Part shown: positions 11,658 through 23,367 of the stretch, piece by piece
How positions within the stretch are numbered: the first letter of the stretch is position 1
Layout: every line of letters begins with the position of its first letter
DNA from: Sporopachydermia quercuum
Taxonomy: Eukaryota
DNA length: 64,000 nt
Direction: 5' to 3'
NCBI GenBank assembly: GCA_001599295.1
Contig: BCGN01000008.1
Location: forward strand, 310,001-374,000
The notes under the pieces: generated by a model
Database searches by the model: none
The model's input: the letters and a program-made list of their open reading frames with translations, nothing else
Told to the model about the DNA's origin: nothing
Position numbers and translations under genes: made by a program

Positions 11658-13580
11658 ATGGTATCTGGTAATACAAAAATGAAAATAGCAGAGTATCTTA
11701 CTCTGAGAATCAAACAACTGGGTATAAATCATGTCTTCGGTGTACCTGGGGATTTCAACCTACCACTATTGGATTTCATTTCCCCAGAGCATGGTTTGAA
11801 CTGGGTTGGCAATTGTAATGAATTGAACGCATCTTATGCCGCAGATGGATATGCAAGAACCAAAGGTTTACCAGGTGTAATGGTCACTACTTTCAATGTT
11901 GGTGAGCTGTCTGCCTTAAATGGCATAGTCGGTGCCTACAATGAATATGTTCCAATTCTTCATATTGTAGGGGTACCCAACGAGTATCTTTCTCATTTCA
12001 CTTTACCTATTCATCATTCCATTGGAAGTTCAGACGGATTAGTTCAGAATGATATATCTCATAAAATTGCTGGTTTAGTATCAGTGGCTTCCGAATTATT
12101 AAAGTCAGATGATGGTTTTGATAATTGCAAGGCAATTGATTCTGTTATAACTTCTATTATGCAATTTTCACGACCTGGGTACATTTTCATCCCAACCAAT
12201 TTGATCTTGGCAGAAGTAACGGTGACCACAGATTTGAGTTCCTCATTGAAGTTGACATCTGATTTTGATAACGACAATAATACTATTAGTCTTGCCATGC
12301 ATGAAGATAAACCTGAAGGATGGAACGAAGCTCACAAGCATATCTTAGCGCTTGTTGATGATAGTGTTAAACCAGTTCTAATAGTTGATGCGTTAGCCTC
12401 TAGGTTTGACTCAAATAAACTGGTAAATATCTTTGCCGAGAAGCTGAAAATACCTATAGTATCCACAACATTAGGAAGAGGAATTNTAGATGAAGACCTA
12501 CCTTTATACAGAGGAATATATGCTGGCGCCCTATCGTCACCAAACGTGGTTCAACTTATAGGCCAAAGCGATCTAATTATACATTTGGGTCCAATGGTTA
12601 CCGATTTGAACACAGGGGCTTTCTCTTTCAAATATGCTAACAAAACTTGCTTATTTATTCACCCGGATCATGTTTCTATATCCTATAAATGCAACGGGAG
12701 TCAATCAGAGGTTGCTTACTATGAAACGCATTTCAGAGAAGTACTTTCAAGAACAGTTAATGGATTACAACCAAAGATCATTGCAAACAATTGGGACATA
12801 GAAGAAGCTCTATTGATTGAATCGCCAAAAGATCAACCCGATCACGAATTGGCAAAGGAAAATCCAGAGATTCTAACACAGATAACTAATTGCATCAGCA
12901 AGTATTTAGCACATGCAGTTAAAGAGGGTGATTCCTTTGAACGAATAATTTTTATTCAGGAATCTGGATCGATGCAATTTGCAACTCCTGACATCAAATT
13001 TCCTCCAAATACAAGCTTTATCAGTCAAGGCTATTACGCTTCTATTGGTTACTCTTTGCCAGCAGCTTTAGGTGCTTATTTGGCTGACGACAAAGCGCTA
13101 GTGTTCTTATTGATTGGTGATGGTTCAGCACAAATTTCTTTCCAGGAACTATCAAGAATCGTTCCCTTGGATTCTTCAAGAATGAAAATTGTCCTGGTCA
13201 ATAATAGTGGTTATACCATAGAGAGGGCGCTATGGATAAAAGGTTACCGTAGTTATTATAATGATATCCCCAACTGGGATTGGGTTAAACTAGTAAATGC
13301 ATTTGGCGGCGAAGCTTTGAAAGTGAACGCAGATGGTTTAGAAAAGGCACTTGCTACTCAAAATTTACTCTTCACTGAACTGGTTATTCCAATGGAACTT
13401 CAGTCGTGGAGAATTAATGCGTTAGTTTCAGAAATGAATAAAGTGAACAAAGCGTTGAAAAATCATTACGAAGTTGACAAACTGAACGAGAAACGCCTTG
13501 CTGCTGCTAATGACAACACTTTAGTCATTATGAAAAGAAGAAAATTTGAGACTACTTGGGAACGGCTGGTTCTATTGTAG
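11658..13580 (+). CDS. ThDP-dependent 2-oxoacid decarboxylase, Aro10 (phenylpyruvate decarboxylase)-like
   Basis: VFGVPGDFNL, NELNASYAADGYAR, HH pair, and GDGSAQ...NNSGYTIER ThDP motif. ESGSMQF...ISQGYYASIGYSLPAALG resembles Aro10 more than Pdc1. Confidence 0.88.
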   Translation: MVSGNTKMKIAEYLTLRIKQLGINHVFGVPGDFNLPLLDFISPEHGLNWVGNCNELNASYAADGYARTKGLPGVMVTTFNVGELSALNGIVGAYNEYVPILHIVGVPNEYLSHFTLPIHHSIGSSDGLVQNDISHKIAGLVSVASELLKSDDGFDNCKAIDSVITSIMQFSRPGYIFIPTNLILAEVTVTTDLSSSLKLTSDFDNDNNTISLAMHEDKPEGWNEAHKHILALVDDSVKPVLIVDALASRFDSNKLVNIFAEKLKIPIVSTTLGRGIXDEDLPLYRGIYAGALSSPNVVQLIGQSDLIIHLGPMVTDLNTGAFSFKYANKTCLFIHPDHVSISYKCNGSQSEVAYYETHFREVLSRTVNGLQPKIIANNWDIEEALLIESPKDQPDHELAKENPEILTQITNCISKYLAHAVKEGDSFERIIFIQESGSMQFATPDIKFPPNTSFISQGYYASIGYSLPAALGAYLADDKALVFLLIGDGSAQISFQELSRIVPLDSSRMKIVLVNNSGYTIERALWIKGYRSYYNDIPNWDWVKLVNAFGGEALKVNADGLEKALATQNLLFTELVIPMELQSWRINALVSEMNKVNKALKNHYEVDKLNEKRLAAANDNTLVIMKRRKFETTWERLVLL

Positions 13581-15108
13581 AGCTGTATTTTTCCAGGAAG
13601 ACACCACAGGTAGATGTAGAAGACATAATGACTTAATACTGTGTATTTCTTTTTTACTTTGAGTCCTCTTCTAGCTCTCTTGTTGAGGATCTATAACTAT
13701 TTCATAATGCCCACAGTGTAGTTAGCTCTTTTTCTTAAACCGAAATTATTATGAACATAATGAATTTCTATTCTAAGTTCGATTATAATGGCAATGATTC
13801 AACTATCGCCGTTTCATTAAAGTGCGTGTTCATGTGTGTGGCAGGTATCATTGTCATGGACATAGATGAAATAAAGTTATCCTGTCACGATGACAGAGTC
13901 TTAGCTCTTACGCTTGATTCTACCATTGATTAATTCAACGATTCTGACACTTCAAACAAGAACAACCTCAAATGTTTGGTATTGTTATTAAATTAAACAG
14001 AATGAAACCATTGAACGGTAATTGGATACAAGTATTCAGCTTTATTTGAGGTCCTGAAGAGATTTTATTTCCTACACATTTCTCTTATCTCTGCTTCTCT
14101 GATAGTTACAATNCACTTATCAGTTGTCACAGCTCTTGGTGCGTTCCCATGACAAATTTCAATTTGCTTGTTCTCTCTACGTCATCCAAAAACCACACTC
14201 AACACTTTCAGGCATCTGAAGATCAACTTTCCTCCTCCAAACCTTTTTAAAAGTTATATGCTAACCAACAGTCATCTACCTATAAAAGATGCTGAAGAAA
14301 AAAATTCAAATAAATGCCTTCTAGATTAGCTACAAAGTTCTCCCCTACTCCACATTTTCAACCACTTCTTACTGCACATTGTCATAACCATAATCAACTT
14401 GTATATATATTTCTTGCTGCAGCCTTTACCTTTCTGGACATTAAAGTTCCCACACTTTTCAACTCTAACTCTATTCGAGCATCCATCGCCAATACCCTAT
14501 TTATTATATAGTTTCTGCACACAATAATTACATACACTTGTAGTGACAAAGGCTGAAGGTTCGGCCCAAAAATTTAAATTACACTTCACGAATAGTAGGA
14601 ATAAAGAAATAACAGCAGCTGCTTTTTTATATTCATTTGACATATTAAACTAGTTTATCGGATAGATCATTCATCTATTTGATGGGAGTTGGCTATAGAT
14701 TTTTTCATTCAGAATTGTGCTTTGTATTATATTATTGCTCTTTTACAATAAGGTCCTATCACCATTTTATGCACTTAGACAAGGACAACAAGGGTAAATG
14801 GCTATAGATAAGAACATTGATTTATAAAAGAAGAGAGTCTGGAATTAATTGAGCAACTAGAATCCGTTTATGAAGAGCGGTGATAAAGGATTTCTTGATA
14901 GTTCGATAGTCAATTGATAGAGATAGAGTAAAGGATTATTGGTTTTGTGGGTTTGCTCCGAAGGAAGGTCAATATCAATTCAATTACTTGTTTGAACATA
15001 GAGAATAACGTGCAACGATTATCTTTGCCGCTAATTAACCTTCCGGTGCATTTACAATAGATACCAAAATATTTACAACGATTACGTTCTGTTCAAATTA
15101 TATTAATT

Positions 15109-18100
15109 ATGGCCGAACCAGACGTTTTATTGCTCAAGCTAAACACCAACGGTGAACCAGTCATCGACAGCGGGATAATTACATTACCAACACCCCCAAC
15201 AAGTGGATACTATATATTGAGATTATTGATTTCTTCAGCATCAAACGTTTCCAACAACGGCATTATTTGGACTAACGTTCCACCTATCACAAGGAAGTTC
15301 CTCAGAGAGAAATTCTATAGAAAACCGGTTGAATTCAATTTGCAAAATGACTCTTATATAGACATCCAAATTCATGTTGCAGGTGCTTTTTGCTATTATG
15401 CTTCTTATTGGCTAGACGGAGCGATCAAAACAACCAGAAAGTTCTATTTCGTTGTTTCTCCGGATTTAACCATCAACAACACGTCAATACCTCTTAACTC
15501 TCTCTCAATTGAATCTATCGTATCAAAATGGATGGGACCATTGACCAATTGGGAAGATATCTTCAAGTACATTGCTTATAAGAATTACAACATGGTTCAT
15601 TTCACTCCTCTACAAGAAAGGGGTGAATCAAATTCTCCTTATTCGATATTCGACCAATTGAAATTCGACCCTAACATTTTTGAATCGGCTGAGCAGGTAG
15701 AATCATTGGTTAAGAGCTTAGAAGCTAACCATGGCATACTATCATTAACGGATGTGGTGTTAAACCACACAGCCAATAACTCTGAATGGTTGAAAGAGCA
15801 TCCTGAAGCTGGTTATTCCAAATACACAGCTCCACATTTAACCCCTGCTGTAGAATTAGATGACGGATTACTTGCTTTTTCATCCACAATGAAACGCTTA
15901 GGTTATCCTACATTTCTCAATAATACCAACGACTTATTGAGAGTTATGGAAGGTATCAAAATCCATGTTTTGGGAGCTATCAGATTGTGGGAATTCTATG
16001 TAGTGAATGTCACTGGCTGTATTTCGGACCTAGAGAGAACATGGAATAACTGTGAAATCATGAGCAAAATTACTCCTATTGATGTTCCAGAGAGTGTAAG
16101 ATCATCATTACCTGCGATGGCTCAGTTTGTTATTGACAACGCTGCTGTTGATGAGTTTTCTATAAGCTCAAGATATGGGAAACGTATCAACTGCGAGCTC
16201 TTTGCCGCTATACTGCTGTCTATTCTACCAGAACGACTCACTAAGAATGATTCTGATGAGGTAAAAACATTCAACGACTCAATCAAACATGAAGCTACAA
16301 GAATCCTAGACGAAATCAATCTTCCTTTTTATAAAGAATACGACGACGATGTTGCAGAAATTTTAGAGCAGCTATACAATAGAATCAAATATACAAGAAT
16401 TGATGCTCATGGTCCTCAATTAGGAGAAGTTACTGATAATGTACCATTGATCGAGCCTTATTTTTCCAGAATCCCTACAGAAACAGGTATTGTCGAATTA
16501 GCAAACAACGGTTGGATCTGGAACGGTAATCCTTTGGTTGATTTTGCTTCTAAAAACTCAAAGGCTTATCTTCGGAGAGAAGTTATTAGCTGGGGAGACT
16601 GTGTTAAATTGAGATACGGATCTAAACCGGAGGATTCACCTTACTTATGGTCAAGGATGTCAGAATACGTTAGATTATGTGCAAAAATCTTCCACGGGTT
16701 CCGTATTGATAACTGCCATTCTACACCTATTCATGTTGGAGAGTATTTACTAGATGAAGCTAGACGAGTGAGACCTAACCTATACGTTGTTGCCGAGCTG
16801 TTCACAGGTTCCGAAGAAATGGATCAACTGTTTGTTGAACGATTGGGCATTTCTTCCTTGATTCGAGAAGCTATGCAGGCCTGGTCAGTTGAAGAGCTCT
16901 CACGATTGGTACACCGTCATGGTGGTAGACCTATTGGATCATTGAAATGGCTTCCGTTAGATGATTTGGCATACCCTGATGGATCTCCGACTTCAGCAAT
17001 TTCAAGATTCTCCGTATCAGAAATCAATATACCTAGGCTCGTTGGTGGTACCCCTGTTCATGCTTTATTCATGGATTGCACTCATGATAACGAAACGCCT
17101 AACCAGAAGAGAACTGTTGAAGATACTCTACCAAATGCTGCGTTAGTTGCTATGTGCTCTTGTGCTGTTGGATCTGTCTTTGGTTACGATGAATGCTATC
17201 CGCATTTACTTGATGTTGTAAAGGAGAAACGCGAATACAAATACAGCGATGAGTCAGGCTATAATGGGATTGCTGAAATTAAACGCCAATTATACGCTAT
17301 TAGAGAAGCTATTGCTCAACGTGATGGTGATTACGATGATGAGTTTGAAGGCGAAATGCACGTTCATCATGAAGGACAGTACATCACTCTTCAAAGAGTG
17401 AACGAAAACACTGGAAAAGGATTCTTCCTTATTGCCAGAACCAAATTCTCGGAGGAAGGCTATCAACGACTTTCTTCTATTTACCTTAACGGTACCAAAA
17501 CTAAGCATGAGTTTTCCTATGCTTTATTAAGAACCGGTGACAATCCTCCAGAGGGTAAACACTATATCAATGGGATACCCGTTAAAGTTGAGAAATTAGA
17601 AGACGTTTCCATTTATTTTGATCCTTCTAAGAATGAAACAGTGCTGACTTTACCAGATAATTTCCCACAAGGATCGATTGCTGTTCTGAGCACCGAAACA
17701 TTAAATGTTGATGACGATTTAGAGAAATATGTTCGTACTGGAGCTGTGGAAGCTGCTGCAAAGCTTACCATGGTTGATATCAACAGTCTTATGTTCAAAT
17801 GCGAATCAGAAGAAAGAGATGCAAGTGCAGGAACTGACGGTACCTACAATATTCCGAATTATGGTAGTTTGGTATATGCTGGTTTTCAAGGTTGGGTTTC
17901 TGTTCTAAGAGACGTCATTAAGTACAATCAACTAGGACATCCTATTTGTGAGCATCTTCGACAAGGACAGTGGGCACTTGACTATATTGTCAACAGATTA
18001 TACAAGTATGACACAGAAGGAATTGATGATATGATTAAATGGATCTCCAGCAGATTTACAGCTATTAGAAAAGTACCATTCTTCTTGCTTCCCAAATATT

Positions 18101-19680
18101 TTTCTCTTGTTGTTGGTGTTGCTTATGAAAGTATTCGTCATAAAGCTTTAAACCTACTAAATCCTGAAATTAGATCTTCTAATATGTTTATCCAATCGTT
18201 AGCTATAACAAGCTATCAAATGATTGGTTCAATGCGTAGCACATCGTTAAGACCCTTCAGCCAAACAATTAGTATGGCAGCTGGTTTACCTCATTTCTCC
18301 TATGATTATATGAGATGTTGGGGCAGAGATGTCTTTATTGCTTTCCGAGGTTTATTACTTATTCCTGGCAAATTTGATCAAGCAAAGGAACATATTCTTG
18401 GTTTTGCAGCTACATTGAAACATGGATTAATTCCTAATCTACTAGATGCTGGTAGAAATCCACGATTTAATGCTAGGGATGCAGCTTGGTTCTTTTTACA
18501 GGCTATACAAGAATACTGCAACATTGTTCCTAACGGTACTGATATTTTAGATGAAGAAGTCAAGAGAAGATTCCCATTGGATGATACGTGGATTCCTTAC
18601 GATTCTGAAGAAGCTTTTTCTTATTCTTCCACTATCAGGGATATTGTATTTGAGATCTTATCTAGACACGCTGCTGGCATTTCATATAGAGAAGCTAATG
18701 CTGGATACCAGTTAGATTCGCAAATGAAAGATGAAGGTTTCAATGTTTCTATTCATATTGATTGGGAGAATGGGCTTGCATTTGGTGGATCTCAGTTAAA
18801 TTGCGGTACTTGGATGGATAAGATGGGTGAAAGTGATAGAGCTGGTAGTAGAGGTATACCAGGAACACCTAGAGACGGTGGAGCTATTGAAATCAATGGC
18901 TTATTGAAATCAGCCTTAAGATGGGTCAATCAATTAAGAAAACAGGAGTTGTTCTCCTATGATCATGTTATTAACCAACATGGTGACGTTGTTACTCTTG
19001 AACATTGGGAACAACTGATCCAAGAGAACTTTGAGCGTTGCTATTTTGTTCCTATTGATCCTGAGGAAGATGATAAGTATGATGTTGATCCTCCCATTAT
19101 AAACAGAAGAGGCATATACAAAGATTTGTACAAGTCAGGCAAACCATATGAAGATTATCAATTGAGACCGAATTTTGCTATCGCCTTAACTGTGGCTCCT
19201 GAACTCTTTGATGTCGATCATGCTATTAGTGCAATTGTTATTGCTGATCAAAACATCAGAGGTCCAGTTGGTATGAGAACTTTAGACCCGTCAGACTTGA
19301 ACTACAGACCTTACTACAACAATTCAGAAGATAGCGATGATTTTGCTACTTCTAAAGGACGTAACTATCATCAAGGTCCTGAGTGGGTTTGGTGTACAGG
19401 TTTTTTCTTGAGAGCATTCCTCAAGTTCCATGGATTAAAAGAACAGAACTTGACACCTCGTGACACTCCAAACGAATATTCAAGTGATTTATTGCATGCT
19501 GTTTCAAGGCGCTTAGAAGGTCATCGAGAATGGATGCGTTCAAGCGTTTGGTCTGGTTTAACTGAACTCACCAATAAAGACGGTGAACTGTGCAATGATT
19601 CATGCCCAACTCAAGCTTGGAGTGGTGGCTGTTTATTAGATTTGTTCTATGACGCAACATTGAGCAAACCATCAAGTTGA
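15109..19680 (+). CDS. GDB1: Glycogen debranching enzyme
   Basis: 1523 aa with GFRIDNCHSTP, AELF, DCTHDN, RCWGRD, GTWMDKMG and YHQGPEW motifs. Confidence 0.97.
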   Translation: MAEPDVLLLKLNTNGEPVIDSGIITLPTPPTSGYYILRLLISSASNVSNNGIIWTNVPPITRKFLREKFYRKPVEFNLQNDSYIDIQIHVAGAFCYYASYWLDGAIKTTRKFYFVVSPDLTINNTSIPLNSLSIESIVSKWMGPLTNWEDIFKYIAYKNYNMVHFTPLQERGESNSPYSIFDQLKFDPNIFESAEQVESLVKSLEANHGILSLTDVVLNHTANNSEWLKEHPEAGYSKYTAPHLTPAVELDDGLLAFSSTMKRLGYPTFLNNTNDLLRVMEGIKIHVLGAIRLWEFYVVNVTGCISDLERTWNNCEIMSKITPIDVPESVRSSLPAMAQFVIDNAAVDEFSISSRYGKRINCELFAAILLSILPERLTKNDSDEVKTFNDSIKHEATRILDEINLPFYKEYDDDVAEILEQLYNRIKYTRIDAHGPQLGEVTDNVPLIEPYFSRIPTETGIVELANNGWIWNGNPLVDFASKNSKAYLRREVISWGDCVKLRYGSKPEDSPYLWSRMSEYVRLCAKIFHGFRIDNCHSTPIHVGEYLLDEARRVRPNLYVVAELFTGSEEMDQLFVERLGISSLIREAMQAWSVEELSRLVHRHGGRPIGSLKWLPLDDLAYPDGSPTSAISRFSVSEINIPRLVGGTPVHALFMDCTHDNETPNQKRTVEDTLPNAALVAMCSCAVGSVFGYDECYPHLLDVVKEKREYKYSDESGYNGIAEIKRQLYAIREAIAQRDGDYDDEFEGEMHVHHEGQYITLQRVNENTGKGFFLIARTKFSEEGYQRLSSIYLNGTKTKHEFSYALLRTGDNPPEGKHYINGIPVKVEKLEDVSIYFDPSKNETVLTLPDNFPQGSIAVLSTETLNVDDDLEKYVRTGAVEAAAKLTMVDINSLMFKCESEERDASAGTDGTYNIPNYGSLVYAGFQGWVSVLRDVIKYNQLGHPICEHLRQGQWALDYIVNRLYKYDTEGIDDMIKWISSRFTAIRKVPFFLLPKYFSLVVGVAYESIRHKALNLLNPEIRSSNMFIQSLAITSYQMIGSMRSTSLRPFSQTISMAAGLPHFSYDYMRCWGRDVFIAFRGLLLIPGKFDQAKEHILGFAATLKHGLIPNLLDAGRNPRFNARDAAWFFLQAIQEYCNIVPNGTDILDEEVKRRFPLDDTWIPYDSEEAFSYSSTIRDIVFEILSRHAAGISYREANAGYQLDSQMKDEGFNVSIHIDWENGLAFGGSQLNCGTWMDKMGESDRAGSRGIPGTPRDGGAIEINGLLKSALRWVNQLRKQELFSYDHVINQHGDVVTLEHWEQLIQENFERCYFVPIDPEEDDKYDVDPPIINRRGIYKDLYKSGKPYEDYQLRPNFAIALTVAPELFDVDHAISAIVIADQNIRGPVGMRTLDPSDLNYRPYYNNSEDSDDFATSKGRNYHQGPEWVWCTGFFLRAFLKFHGLKEQNLTPRDTPNEYSSDLLHAVSRRLEGHREWMRSSVWSGLTELTNKDGELCNDSCPTQAWSGGCLLDLFYDATLSKPSS

Positions 19681-19812
19681 AGCTAACAGGAATTACTGAG
19701 AACATGTTATCAATGTATGTAAGAAATGAGGCGGGGGATAAGAGAGAAAATAAAATAGTACTCAATATATACAAATAAAACAATGAATTTTATTACAACA
19801 AAAAGGGTTCAT

Positions 19813-20673
19813 TTACGTTGTAAAAATACCCTGCCGTGCTTTATAAACATCTATTCCTGATTTCAGTCGGATTAGATCAGTGTGAAATGTTTCTAGGCTC
19901 CACATGTGCAGTTTTGAGTTAATGGTGTTTATGGAAGTTTCTGGTAATGAGCCAGAGCTGAACCATCCTATTGATATATGTGGTTTATAGTGTTTTAATA
20001 CAGGATAATCATATTTCATGCAAAGGGTATTGAATGATGCTAAGAGGCTATTGATGGTTTCATTTTCTTTTAATTCTATAACAATGAATGACCGTGTAGA
20101 TGCTTTATTGCTCATCACCGATATGCTATTTTCTAATTGAAACTTCACACTAGTACCGCTCTCTTTAGCTATGGCTATGAATTGTTCTATGAACAGCTTT
20201 CTCACTTTTGAATCAATCATCAATGTCTCAGATAGGCTGACATGCAATGGGATTTGAACTGACAATTGTGAGAAAACTAATGATCTTATAGACACTGTCG
20301 TAAGACTATTGAGCTGCATGATAACTTTGAACATCTCATTTGCTATTCTCTCTTCTGGAATCCACTCTATATANATATGACTTGGATAAAATCCATCTTT
20401 ATGCTCAATGTTTCTCACTCGGCCTCCATGTAGCTTTGGATCATCAATAGTTTTCGGTACTGTTTTGAATAAGTCATGAAACTGGTGAGGCAAAGATGGT
20501 AATGTTGATGCCTTTGGAAGTTTTTGTTTCTTTGGCCCACCGTTAGCTGGTTTCCCTACCAGCTGTTTTTCTTGTTCCAAACACTCTTTTGAACATTTAT
20601 TTTCACCACTTTTGTCACTATCATCGCTTCCATCGCTTCCATCGCTTCCATCATATTCAACTAGACGTTTCAT
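19813..20673 (-). CDS. USB1: U6 snRNA phosphodiesterase Usb1
   Basis: DDPKLHGGRVR motif and two 2H motifs (LHVSLS, PHISIGW). Confidence 0.9.
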   Translation of the reverse strand: MKRLVEYDGSDGSDGSDDSDKSGENKCSKECLEQEKQLVGKPANGGPKKQKLPKASTLPSLPHQFHDLFKTVPKTIDDPKLHGGRVRNIEHKDGFYPSHXYIEWIPEERIANEMFKVIMQLNSLTTVSIRSLVFSQLSVQIPLHVSLSETLMIDSKVRKLFIEQFIAIAKESGTSVKFQLENSISVMSNKASTRSFIVIELKENETINSLLASFNTLCMKYDYPVLKHYKPHISIGWFSSGSLPETSINTINSKLHMWSLETFHTDLIRLKSGIDVYKARQGIFTT

Positions 20674-21277
20674 TACTGAATAATATCATATGTATGTAAC
20701 TATCGTTGCCCTTTTCATTTGCCAGGAAGGTATTAATTGAGACAGGAAACAGTTGTTTACTTTACATTTCCATTGACTTTTCAACTCTCTACGCTGCTTC
20801 TATCCTTGATGAGCAGCATTATAAGTCACAAGACTAGAATCATGACCATAAAACCAAAATTTCAAGAGATGTATGACAGTGTAGTAAATAAGTGATTATG
20901 AAATAGAAGAGAGAACGATGAGGAAGAAGAAGAGGCAAAGAAACTAGTTTATGCTATAATGCTGATTAGGTTGTATTACCTAAACGGGAAGTACTCGAAA
21001 TATTGATAAATTCAACTTTATTTTATGATTAGATAATCTGATATTTAAGGTTTAGAAACGAATTTGGGACAGAAGGGATAAATGTAAACACAAAGATAAG
21101 TTCATCATGATGAATGAAGTATGTGCTTCTGATAATGATTCTCAGATATTATACGAACAGTAGTGAAGGTGCAGTATATTGATTCTTGATTAGGAGGTCA
21201 AGGAAGAATTTGATAGAGGATATATATTAGTGAGAGTTGGTTCATAAGTTATTTTATATTGAAAGCAGATATTAGCA

Positions 21278-21864
21278 ATGGTATGTTATAGATCGCAGAC
21301 CAAGAAGCAACCAAGTAGAGAGAGTAATTGCACTAACACCTAATACAATAGGCTCAGAAAGCAAAGCAAAGATTAGAATATAGTCGAGATGAAACCGAAA
21401 TTTTACAGAAAAGAACCGTTTCAGAATTGTTGAACCAACTGAATAAAGGACAAGTGCAGAATTTAAGGGAAGCATTTTCTCTGCTAGACGATGACATTGA
21501 CGGACTAGTCACTAGGAAAGACATGGGAAATATTTTAAACAGTTTAGGTATCGAGAGCACGAAAGCGAAAATTGATTTTTATATGGAAAGACACGAAGAG
21601 GGAATAAAATTTCCTGCTTTTCTTAGTGTTATGACAAACATAATTGGAGATTTAGATACCAGACAGAATGTGTATGATGCTTTTAGCGTCTTTGGAAATA
21701 AGGAACTAAATGGCTCAGATTTGGTGATCCCAAAGTCTGAAATATTTGAAATGCTAAAGAAAGAAGGCTATCCGGAGGAAGAACTAAACAAAGTGTTCTG
21801 TAAATTCATGAAAGGTGATAAGCTGTATGCTGAAAGGTTTATTGATTCAGTAACTGATGCTTGA
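21278..21864 (+). CDS. MLC2: Myosin II regulatory light chain (spliced)
   Basis: Exons 21278-21280 (ATG only) and 21352-21864. Intron GTATGT..CACTAAC..TAG (21281-21351) keeps frame. EF-hand LREAFSLLDDDIDG and IKFPAFL. Convergent with RPO26. Confidence 0.8.
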
Positions 21865-22240
21865 CCAAAGACATGCATACTTATTACTCTTGATATTCAA
21901 CGGAAGAATGGGGATTCGGAAAGGTGAATAAAAGAGTATGAAACCAAGGATTGGTGAAATGATTGAAGTTTTCGTTGAATTCTGTTTCAAACCAATTGAT
22001 TTATTACCGGCTTAATAATTAGTAGTCCTATTAATACATAGAGAGAAATGTAGAGATATTCAACAAAGCAAAAAAACAGACCATGCTAAACCAGTCAAAA
22101 CCTGTGTACAAGTAAAAGAAAAAGAAGATATGACTGTATACAAACAGGTTTAGAATATATGACCTGTGCTCATACAAGCAATCAATCAACCAGAATACTC
22201 TATCATGTTTTCTAAGTGAACCCAATTAAAATTGAGCTTT

Positions 22241-22842
22241 TCAATTGAAGTTTTCGACAATCAGTTCATCACATCCCCAATCTTCAAAACTGCCATCAGG
22301 TAAATACCGTCTTATAATTAGGGGAATTTTCTTTTGGGATAGTTCTTTCATAGCGATCTGTAAAGGATCCGTTTCTCCTTCTAGATCAACCAACACTGGT
22401 GCGTTCATACTGATTTGTAATGCTCTTGTACCCAAAATTCTTGCTCTTTCGTATTTCGTCATATAAGGTGTCGTAGTTCTTTCTTCTTTTGCAATGGCCT
22501 GTGATCGCAAAGCTTTCTTTCGTTGTTCGTGAGATTGTGTGACATCGTTTGGACCGAATCCTCCATCAACTATAATCCGATCATCTTCTACTTTGACTCC
22601 ATTGGCATTTCCGTTCCCATTTATACCATTAACCTCTGGTTTTTGTTCTTCTTCTGGCTCTTCGTCTGAAAACGGAGCTTCTTCTTCAAAATCTTCTACG
22701 TATCCATCTCCTCTTTCGTTAAAACTATGTATCCCTTGTTAGTGACTACTCATTCAACCATATCGCTTACCATGAACCACAGCTTACACCCAACCTAACA
22801 AAAGACTACTCACGCATTGTCATCATCACCAAAATCTGACAT
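22241..22842 (-). CDS. RPO26: RNA polymerase I/II/III shared subunit RPB6 (spliced)
   Basis: Exons 22842-22814 and 22724-22241; intron GTGAGT..CACTAAC..TAG. Contains [26 protein letters not shown]. Confidence 0.96.
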
Positions 22843-23310
22843 TGTGATCACTCAACAGATGTATATTTGTATATGTATATATACTATTTCCTTTTGATAT
22901 TAATGCTTTTTACTTAACCTTCTTGTTGGCTTCCTTTTCGCAACTGCTTACGTTAAGTAGATATCTCCTCACCTCTAACTAATGACTGACTTCGTTTCTT
23001 CACAGCAAAGTGACCCTTTAAATGCAAAACAACAATCCCACTAACAAAAACTATTATTACCCACTGTCTTTTCATCGAATCCCTTATCAACGTCATCTCT
23101 ATTATTCGTTCTCTTTTGACATCTTATTTTGTTCACATCCTCACTTTTGATATTCCTTACTGAAAACATTAAAAAAATTTAATAGTCTTTCACGTGACAA
23201 AGAAGACTCACATATACCTCACAAGAGTACTCAAAGCGTAAACTCTGGAATGACTTTTAAATGAGACAGAATATATTGCGAATCCCCCCTTAATTTAATG
23301 CTAGAAGTTC

Positions 23311-23367
23311 CCGAATATTCCCGCATAAGGCGGAAGTTGTCGGAAATTGGGGTATCAAATTGCGGGG
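23311..23367. promoter_or_regulatory. Paired CCG-N7-CCG / CGG-N7-CGG sites plus a Mig1/CreA-type GC box upstream of ERT1
   Basis: CCGaatattcCCG (23311-23323), CGGaagttgtCGG (23331-23343) and AAATTGCGGGG ending at 23367. Confidence 0.5.

Noticed and set aside
13751..14511. Short ORFs between the decarboxylase and GDB1 as a fifth cluster gene or pseudogene
   Set aside because: No recognisable motif, and the frame has multiple stops.
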